Positions 18,051 through 25,403 of a DNA stretch of 50,439 nt are shown here, piece by piece. The stretch comes from a virus (lineage: Duplodnaviria > Caudoviricetes). Numbering within the stretch: position 1 is the first letter of the stretch; the number at the start of each line of letters is the position of its first letter. A model generated the notes under the pieces. The model worked only from the letters and a program-made list of their open reading frames with translations. It was not told the DNA's origin and searched no databases. The stretch spans positions 1 through 50,439 of the IMG/VR virus record IMGVR_UViG_3300028025_001146; one strand, written 5' to 3'. Made by a program: the position numbers and the translations under genes.

Positions 18051-20024
18051 ATGCCGCTGCAAAAACTCCAACTCAGGCCCGGTGTAAACCGTGAATCAAC
18101 TTCGCTTGCCAATGAGGGCACTTGGTTTGAGATGGACAAGGTGCGCTTTCGCTCGGGCTTTCCCGAGAAGATCGGCGGCTGGGTGCGGGATACCGGCTCG
18201 GCTGATACGGCTAATAACGCATTAGCCCCGGCCACTGGATCATTCTGGGGAGTCTGCCGGGCGCTGTTTAACTGGGTCACCATCGCAGGCTTCAACCTGA
18301 TGGGGGTTGGAACCAACCTCAAATACTACATCCAGCAGACGGCCAACGGCACGTACTATGACGTTACCCCAATCCGGGCAACTGACACGGTTGCGTCCAA
18401 CGCTTTCACGACAGATGGCACTACCACGGTTCAAGTTAACGACACCGCGCACGGTGCGCAGGCTGGGGATTTTGTCACTATCTCTGGAGTGGCAAGTGCT
18501 GTAAACGGCATCCCTGCGGCAGACCTGAACAAAGAGTTTCAGATTGTCTCCATCGTCAGCAACAACGCATACACCATCGTTGTGGCGACTGCCGCCACGT
18601 CCTCCGGAACTACTGGGGCCGCGACGTTTACCTACCAGATCACGACAGGCAGCGATGTATACACGACAGGTGTGGGCTGGGGCGCTGGTGGCTGGGGCGG
18701 CGTTACGACCGGATATACAAGCACGGGGTGGGGCAGCCCCGCTCCCGCCGGTGTAGGCATCGGCACGCAACTTCGCCTGTGGAGCCAAGACAACTTTGGC
18801 GACTACCTTGTGATGAACCCCCGGGGCGGAGCGCTCTATCTGTGGGTGCCCGCTGCCAGCCCATCTACCTACAACCGGGCGCAGATTTTGTCGTCCACCA
18901 ACACTAACACGCAGGACGGCACTCAGTACTGGCTCACCGACTCAAGCTGCCCCACGGTGGCTAACGCCGTCGCAACTTCCGATACGTCTCGGTTTGTGAT
19001 TACGTTTGGCTGCAACGAGGTTGGGTCCACTACGCTTGACCCGCTACTGATTCGCTGGTCTGACCAAGAAGACTACGCTGTCTGGGCTCCTGCCGCCACA
19101 AACCAAGCGGGTAGCTATCGCTTGAACATCGGTTCGTCCATCGTGGCGCACCTACAGGGTCGGCAGGAAATTCTTGTCTGGACTGACGCTTCTCTGTACT
19201 CCATGCAGTACCTCGGCCCGCCTTTCGTTTGGGGCTTCCAGATTCTGGGCGACAACATCTCTATTGCAGGGCCCAACGTCGCGGCTACCGCTGCCAACAT
19301 CACCTACTGGATGGGCACGGACAAGTTCTACATGTACTCTGGTCGTGTGGAGACGCTGTACTGCCCGCTGCGTCAGTACATTTTTGGCGACATCAACTTC
19401 TCGCAGCAGTATCAGTTCTTTGCCAGCACCAACGAGGCGTACAACGAGGTGTGGTGGTTCTACTGCTCCGCTGGATCGGACACCATTGACCGCTACGTCA
19501 TCTTCAACCACTTGGAGAAAATCTGGTCGTACGGTAACTTGGCGCGGACCGCTTGGCTCGATACCCCGCTGCGCAACAACCCAACAGCTGCCACCTACGG
19601 CAACTTGCTGGTCTATCAAGAGAATGGAACGGACGACGGCACCACAAACCCGCCCAGCCCGATTGAGGCTTATATCCAGTCTGCCGACTTCAACATTGGC
19701 GACGGTCACAACTACGGTTACGTGTGGCGGATGATCCCGGACATTACGTTTGATGGGTCGTCGGTCAACAACCCGGCGGTGACGTTCACCATGCGCCCCC
19801 GTCAGAACCCCGGCGCTGACTACTCGACCTCTGCTGCGGCCAGCGTGGCAAGCACGCAGAACTACCAAGCGCAGCGCAACTACCTTGTCCAGCAGTTCAC
19901 CGAGATCATTTACACCCGGGTACGCGGCCGTCAAATGGCGTTCAAGATCAGCTCAGACGGGCTGGGCGTGCAGTGGCAGCTTGGCGTTCCGTCGATTGAT
20001 GTGCGTCCGGACGGCCGGAGGTAA
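18051..20024 (+). CDS. tail nozzle/stabilisation protein (tail tubular B or P22 gp10-like)
   Basis: 657 aa beta-rich; VRFRSGFPEKIGGW, IRWSDQED; precedes ejection genes. Confidence 0.7.
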   Translation: MPLQKLQLRPGVNRESTSLANEGTWFEMDKVRFRSGFPEKIGGWVRDTGSADTANNALAPATGSFWGVCRALFNWVTIAGFNLMGVGTNLKYYIQQTANGTYYDVTPIRATDTVASNAFTTDGTTTVQVNDTAHGAQAGDFVTISGVASAVNGIPAADLNKEFQIVSIVSNNAYTIVVATAATSSGTTGAATFTYQITTGSDVYTTGVGWGAGGWGGVTTGYTSTGWGSPAPAGVGIGTQLRLWSQDNFGDYLVMNPRGGALYLWVPAASPSTYNRAQILSSTNTNTQDGTQYWLTDSSCPTVANAVATSDTSRFVITFGCNEVGSTTLDPLLIRWSDQEDYAVWAPAATNQAGSYRLNIGSSIVAHLQGRQEILVWTDASLYSMQYLGPPFVWGFQILGDNISIAGPNVAATAANITYWMGTDKFYMYSGRVETLYCPLRQYIFGDINFSQQYQFFASTNEAYNEVWWFYCSAGSDTIDRYVIFNHLEKIWSYGNLARTAWLDTPLRNNPTAATYGNLLVYQENGTDDGTTNPPSPIEAYIQSADFNIGDGHNYGYVWRMIPDITFDGSSVNNPAVTFTMRPRQNPGADYSTSAAASVASTQNYQAQRNYLVQQFTEIIYTRVRGRQMAFKISSDGLGVQWQLGVPSIDVRPDGRR

Positions 20025-20027
20025 CTA

Positions 20028-20375
20028 ATGTCATACATTGTTACTACCGAGTTTGAATTTAACCGGGTCACCGCCCCCCGTTTACCCACGGCCCCCGCTG
20101 CATACGAGCCTAGGTATCAAGATCAGTTTGCGGATGTTCTGCGCCTGTACTTCAACCGGGTAGATGGCATTCTGGGGCAGCTAAATACCTCGGCGGTTGT
20201 TCCGCCGACCACGAACTACACGGTCGCTACGCTGCCAAGCGCGGCCACATCGGGCGCTGGTGCCCGGACATTTGCTACGGACGCCCTGACCCCCACCTTT
20301 GGCGCTACGGTTGCTGGTGGCGGCGCTGTTTTTACTCCTGTCTACTCGGACGGCACCAATTGGAAAGTTGGTTGA
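20028..20375 (+). CDS. hypothetical virion protein
   Basis: APRLP...LRLYFN...PVYSDGTNWKVG. Confidence 0.65.
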   Translation: MSYIVTTEFEFNRVTAPRLPTAPAAYEPRYQDQFADVLRLYFNRVDGILGQLNTSAVVPPTTNYTVATLPSAATSGAGARTFATDALTPTFGATVAGGGAVFTPVYSDGTNWKVG

Positions 20376-20420
20376 TTCGCGCCCCCATGATACGATTAAT
20401 TACAAGCAAGGAGTACTTCA

Positions 20421-21536
20421 ATGCTCATTCCCAATAAGTTTAATGGATACCAGTCTGATGGCCGTAGGCTCCTGTTTATTGGGGGTGGTATTGGTGAAGC
20501 CGCGCTAATTGGCGCGGCGCTAGGTGGTGGTTCCGCAGCCATTACCGGTGGTGATCCTCTTAAGGGCGCACTCCTTGGTGGGTTGACTGGCGGTGCTGGG
20601 GCTGGGTTGTCTGGTGCTTTGGCTGGGGGCGCTGCGGGCGCGGGTGCTGGTGCTGGGGCGGGTGCCGCTGGCGCTGCTGGTCTGGAGGCTAGTCTCCTTC
20701 CGGCGGGGCAGTCATTCGCTCAAGCTAGTCAGGCTGCGAACGCAGCAAATACCGCCGCTAATGCTGCTGCTCTGGCTCAGGCTCCGGCTAACGCGGTCAA
20801 CGCCGCCATGAATTCTGCGCTTCCGCTAACTGGGCAGCTTGGCGCGACGGGGACTATGCCATTTGCTGCAACTGCTCCCGGTGCGGCTGCTCCTCAAGGT
20901 ATTGCTTCTCTCATGCAGGCAGCTAGTCCTACTGCTCCTGCCGCTGCCGCCGCTGCTCCTGCAAGTAGTTTTCAGCAGGCACTTCAAAGCCCATTGCAGT
21001 ACATTAAGGCCAACCCAATGACCATGGGCGCAGCCGCTCTTGCTGGCGCTACTGGGGCACGCGACGAATTGGAAGAGCCGGGGAAATACGAAGGTGTCTT
21101 GACTCGGTTCAAATATGACCCGGATAGATATCGCCCAATGTTTGCCGAAGGTGGCATTGCAAGTTTGACGGAGCAACCCGTTGCTCGTATGTCTGAGCGC
21201 AATCAAGCCGAAACGCTTCTGGCAAATGGTGGGCAGATGTTTGCCAACGGTGGTATCTCCAGTCTGGGCTCGTACTCAGATGGTGGTCGTATGCTCAAGG
21301 GTCCCGGCGATGGCATGTCCGATAGCATCCCCGCGTCAATTGCAAATAGGCGCCCGGCACGTTTGGCCGATGGTGAGTTTGTGGTTCCCGCCGATGTTGT
21401 CTCACATCTGGGCAACGGCTCTACCGATGCCGGGGCGCGTCAGCTGTATTCCATGATGGACAAGGTGCGCAAAGCGCGTACGGGCACGAAGCGGCAAGGG
21501 CGACAAATCCAGCCTCAAAGAATGATGCCTGCTTAA
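20421..21536 (+). CDS. putative ejection/internal virion protein with shared N-terminal leader
   Basis: SD AAGGAG; G/A-rich hydrophobic region; FAEGG/FANGG/YSDGG; GPGDGMSDSIPA domain. Confidence 0.7.
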   Translation: MLIPNKFNGYQSDGRRLLFIGGGIGEAALIGAALGGGSAAITGGDPLKGALLGGLTGGAGAGLSGALAGGAAGAGAGAGAGAAGAAGLEASLLPAGQSFAQASQAANAANTAANAAALAQAPANAVNAAMNSALPLTGQLGATGTMPFAATAPGAAAPQGIASLMQAASPTAPAAAAAAPASSFQQALQSPLQYIKANPMTMGAAALAGATGARDELEEPGKYEGVLTRFKYDPDRYRPMFAEGGIASLTEQPVARMSERNQAETLLANGGQMFANGGISSLGSYSDGGRMLKGPGDGMSDSIPASIANRRPARLADGEFVVPADVVSHLGNGSTDAGARQLYSMMDKVRKARTGTKRQGRQIQPQRMMPA

Positions 21537-21549
21537 TTTGTAGGCACGC

Positions 21550-21969
21550 ATGGACTTGGTCATTCACCCTGTAGATACGCACTTGGTGTACCAAGTGTGG
21601 CCGCATGCGTCTAAGTTTATTGACGAAGCACTCCGCAAAAGCGAAGGCACTGAGGACTACAACATCCACCACATCCAGATGTTTCTGACAAGCGGTCAGT
21701 GGCTGCTGTTGGTTGCAGTGGATGAGCAGCATCAGATCCATGGCGCTGCAACCGTGTCTTTTATTAACTACCCCCTGAGTCGGGTTGCGTTTGTCACTGC
21801 GATCGGTGGCAAGCTCATATCCAACGAAGAAACATTTGACCAACTCAAAGCGATTCTTAAAGCACGTGGAGCAACCAAGATTCAGGGCTTTGGCCGTGAT
21901 GCGATTGTCCGTCTGTGGAAGCGCTACGAGTTTGAACCTAAAACGACTTTAGTCGAGGTGTTGCTATGA
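21550..21969 (+). CDS. putative GNAT-fold acyltransferase
   Basis: 139 aa alpha/beta pattern (AFVTAIGG...GATKIQGFGR...LWKRYEF); located among ejection genes; fold inferred by eye. Confidence 0.5.
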   Translation: MDLVIHPVDTHLVYQVWPHASKFIDEALRKSEGTEDYNIHHIQMFLTSGQWLLLVAVDEQHQIHGAATVSFINYPLSRVAFVTAIGGKLISNEETFDQLKAILKARGATKIQGFGRDAIVRLWKRYEFEPKTTLVEVLL

Positions 21970-22421
21970 ATACCGAAGGCAAGCTGGAGTGGTTTGGGGG
22001 AAACCAAGATGCCTTGAGTATGTTCCGCATGTTTGTGGATTTGGCGCATACGTGGGATGATCTTGTTGACCGTGATAAAGAAGTGTCTGAAGACGCTATC
22101 AACAATGCGTTTGCGATTGCGCTTGTCTATCTTCCAGCAAATTCTTTTTATCAAAGCATACAGCAACAGATACTTCCAATGTGGGTGTCTGTTATCCATG
22201 CCTTTCAGACGGCAAATTCGTTTGAAAAAACAAAAGACCCGCACGGGATAGAAATTGCGCATACCCTTCGGTACGCTGCCGGTAACATCATGGCGTACGT
22301 CGTACATCTGTGCGTTGGCCCAGAAGTGGCAAAAGTTTATCTTCCAGATATGTGGAAAGCAATCGTTGTAGAGCGTTTTGACGACTACCGTAAGGAGCAT
22401 TTAGATGTTGATCCCCAATAA
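21966..22421 (+). CDS. DDxxD-motif helical protein (isoprenoid synthase/prenyltransferase-like)
   Basis: AHTWDDLVDRD (DDLVD at 22056-22070) in an apparently all-helical 151-aa protein. Confidence 0.55.
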   Translation: MNTEGKLEWFGGNQDALSMFRMFVDLAHTWDDLVDRDKEVSEDAINNAFAIALVYLPANSFYQSIQQQILPMWVSVIHAFQTANSFEKTKDPHGIEIAHTLRYAAGNIMAYVVHLCVGPEVAKVYLPDMWKAIVVERFDDYRKEHLDVDPQ

Positions 22422-23628
22422 ACACAACGGGTATTCCCAAGACGGGCGGCGTACGCTTCACTTTGGCTCTAATAGCTCACCTACCCATACAACCTCCACG
22501 GTTACCCAATCCAACATTCCCGAGTGGTTGCGGCCGCAGGTTGAGACTGTGCTGGGCGGCAGCATGCAGGAGCTGTTTAACACGCAAAAGAATCCTGACG
22601 GCACCATCAACATCACCGGCACCAAACCCTTTCAGGCATTTGGGCAGCAGGGTGCTGGTCTTGGCGCAAATGAAATGCAGGCTGCTCAGTCTGCTGTAGC
22701 TGGGTTCCAGCCGTTGCAACGGGAAGCGCAATATGCAGCAGCCGGGATGCAGACTCCCGGGCAGTTTGGTCAAGGATCGCAACTAGCAGGTGCTGCCGGG
22801 CTTGGTGGTCTTGGCACTGCTAATAACGCGCTTGGCTACGCGCAGCAGTCCGCTGGTGTTGGTGGGATGTACGAGAACATGGCGACTAACCCCGCTGCGT
22901 ATCAAGCGTATATGTCGCCCTATCAACAAGCTGTAACTGATTTGCAGATGCAGTCTGCACGTAGGCAGGACGACATCTCTAGGCAGCAACGGAATGCACG
23001 GGCTACGCAATCTGGCGCGTTTGGTGGCTCCCGGCAAGCAATCGAAGAAGCCGAAGCGCAACGCGCGTTGGGCACGCAGCTTCAAAACATCCAAGCGACC
23101 GGGTTGCAGAACGCTTATCAACAAGCGCAGCAAAACATGGCGCAACGCGCTCAGTTTGAGTTGCAGGGGCTATCGGGGGCGCAACAAGGCATAGGGGCCG
23201 CGCAAGCTGGGTACGGGCTGGCTGGACAAGCGGGTAGTGCCTTGGGTAATCTGGGTGCTCAACAACTTACCGCGCAACAAGGCATCATTGGGTTGCAGAA
23301 TCAGCTTGGTGCGCAGCAGCAGGCTCAGCAGCAGGCCATCATCAACCAAGCCGTGCAAAACTATGCGCAGGGCCGCGAGGCTCCGATGCAGGCACTCTCT
23401 CAGTTCAACGCGCTGCTACGTGGCTATGCGTTGCCGGGTCAGACTACGACTCAGTATCAAGCCGCTCCCGCACTTGGTTCTCAGCTTGCGGGTCTTGGCA
23501 CCGCTGCCTACGGTCTATCGGGACTATCCGGGTCGGGGTCTAGCTCAGGCAAAAAAGCTGGCGGCACTATCCGCTCGGGTGATGGCATCGACAAACTGGC
23601 GCTGCGTAAAGCGCTGGCAGGAGCATAA
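22405..23628 (+). CDS. putative ejection/DNA-transfer protein with shared N-terminal leader
   Basis: SD TAAGGAG; Q/A/G-rich; YMSPYQQAV, GAFGGSRQ; hydrophobic C-terminal segment. Confidence 0.75.
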   Translation: MLIPNKHNGYSQDGRRTLHFGSNSSPTHTTSTVTQSNIPEWLRPQVETVLGGSMQELFNTQKNPDGTINITGTKPFQAFGQQGAGLGANEMQAAQSAVAGFQPLQREAQYAAAGMQTPGQFGQGSQLAGAAGLGGLGTANNALGYAQQSAGVGGMYENMATNPAAYQAYMSPYQQAVTDLQMQSARRQDDISRQQRNARATQSGAFGGSRQAIEEAEAQRALGTQLQNIQATGLQNAYQQAQQNMAQRAQFELQGLSGAQQGIGAAQAGYGLAGQAGSALGNLGAQQLTAQQGIIGLQNQLGAQQQAQQQAIINQAVQNYAQGREAPMQALSQFNALLRGYALPGQTTTQYQAAPALGSQLAGLGTAAYGLSGLSGSGSSSGKKAGGTIRSGDGIDKLALRKALAGA

Positions 23629-23630
23629 CT

Positions 23631-25385
23631 ATGCAAGGCATCGCAATGCGGGTGATGGCTGAGCCGGGTAAATACTCCCTGCAACAGCTTCAACAAGCGG
23701 TTCAGAGTGGCTCATTGCCTGCGTATATCGGCATCCCGCTGATTCAAGAAAAGATTAAGCAGCAGAAAGAAATGCAGGGCATGCAGCAGGAGCAAGCTCC
23801 GCAAGGGCCGTCTATTGCTGAACAGGTGATGCAGGAGGCCCAAGGTGTTGAGGGTCTACCCACTAACTTGCCGCAGCAATATGCGGGCGGGGGCATCGTA
23901 GCCTTTGAAGAAGGCGGTGAGGTGGAGCACTACCAGAACGCGGGTCTGGTGCGGCCGACCAGCGAAACTCCGGAAGAACGGCGTATCCGTGAGTTCCTTG
24001 CTACTCCCGAGGGTCGTGCTGCTCAAGCTCGTGCCGACCGTGCGGGACTACTAGCGTTACCTGCCGCTGCTGGAGACGTACTTATTGGTGGTCCTTACAA
24101 CGCTGTCGCTGCGGTGACCACTGGGCTGGCAAACGCGCTTGGCGTGCCGCGTATTGGCCGGGCGCTAGGTATCTACGATCCAAATGTTACGTCGGTCGAG
24201 GTGCCGCGAATTGGTAGTGGTACTAAAACTCCGTTCTTTGACAAGCTGCGTGCGTATACCGCAGGTACGCAGGGGCAGACAAATAATGATCTTGGCCCCG
24301 TCCCGGGCACGTCAGATGGAACGCCTGTTCTTGGTGGGATTGCTGACGCCCGCACCGGGTATGTGACGCAGGCGGGAACCCGCGCTCCTACTCCTGCTAT
24401 CGCAGATGGCATAGGTAGTTTGCGGCCCGGAACGGGCACTGGGCTCAAACCCACAGCAGGTCCCAGCACCGGCACTGGCACCGGGAGGCCAACGTTTACC
24501 GCCCCCACCGGTGCTTCGTTTGAGCAAGACGCCCGCACCCACTTCAGCGACTACGCTACCCAAGCGCGTAACATGGACGTGCAAGCCGATGCCGCAAAAG
24601 CCGCTGCTCGCAGCAAAGTGACGGGGCAGGCGTTTGAAGAGTATCGCAAGTCGCTGGAAGACGAAGCCAAGGAGGCCGGTGCTGACAAAGAGCAAGCAAA
24701 GTACATGTCCATCTTTAAGGCTGGTCTTGCCATGATGGCTGGCACTTCGCAGCATGCGCTTGAAAATATTGGTAAGGGCGCGATGGTCGGTACTGAAGAC
24801 TACCAAGCCGCTGTCAAAGATCTTAAGAAAGCCGAGCGGGAGCGCCGCAAAGAGTTTGCCCATATTGAGCAGGCTCGCCGTGCTGAAGCAATTGGTGACC
24901 GCGATACAGCAATTAGAGAAATTGATGCGGCACGTGATCGTAGCGAGGCTCGCGTTCGGTACACCGGTGAAGGCATCTACAAAGCTACCGGTCTGGATAA
25001 AACGCAGGCTTATGACTTGGCTAAGACCCAGTTCAATGCGGACACGGAAATCTTTAAGACCAACCTCGCTGGGCAGTACACACTGGCGGCAGCTAAAGAA
25101 CGCGCTAAGGATTCAGGAACCCGTGGTCAGCTTACACAAGGCCAGCTTTTGAGAGCGCGTATGGATGCCGCCAAGCAGGTGGACGAAAACGCAATTCGAG
25201 CGCAGGTTGCTAAACGCCTTGGGCTTTCCAGAATACCCGCGCCCGGGGCGGATGCTCGATTTGATTCCCAAGTTACCGCTGCGGTGGACGCGGCAGTCAA
25301 TGCTATTGTTGACCGTGCTTTGGGCGGATCAACTTCAGCCGGTGGGGGTGCCTCCTATCAAGGGTACCGTATTATCCCGGACTAA
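23631..25385 (+). CDS. putative ejection/internal virion protein
   Basis: 584 aa; YAGGGIVAFEEGG; AGLAMMAG..S..ALENIGKG. Confidence 0.7.
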   Translation: MQGIAMRVMAEPGKYSLQQLQQAVQSGSLPAYIGIPLIQEKIKQQKEMQGMQQEQAPQGPSIAEQVMQEAQGVEGLPTNLPQQYAGGGIVAFEEGGEVEHYQNAGLVRPTSETPEERRIREFLATPEGRAAQARADRAGLLALPAAAGDVLIGGPYNAVAAVTTGLANALGVPRIGRALGIYDPNVTSVEVPRIGSGTKTPFFDKLRAYTAGTQGQTNNDLGPVPGTSDGTPVLGGIADARTGYVTQAGTRAPTPAIADGIGSLRPGTGTGLKPTAGPSTGTGTGRPTFTAPTGASFEQDARTHFSDYATQARNMDVQADAAKAAARSKVTGQAFEEYRKSLEDEAKEAGADKEQAKYMSIFKAGLAMMAGTSQHALENIGKGAMVGTEDYQAAVKDLKKAERERRKEFAHIEQARRAEAIGDRDTAIREIDAARDRSEARVRYTGEGIYKATGLDKTQAYDLAKTQFNADTEIFKTNLAGQYTLAAAKERAKDSGTRGQLTQGQLLRARMDAAKQVDENAIRAQVAKRLGLSRIPAPGADARFDSQVTAAVDAAVNAIVDRALGGSTSAGGGASYQGYRIIPD

Positions 25386-25403
25386 CAAGACAAGGAAGCG
25401 CGA

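Noticed and set aside
20368-20396. Possible extended -10 promoter (TGaTACGAT) before the ejection genes
   Set aside because: The -35 match is weak and there is only one instance, too little to call.
20590-20680. GGTGCT/GGCGCT-like short tandem repeats
   Set aside because: They simply encode a Gly-Ala low-complexity segment.
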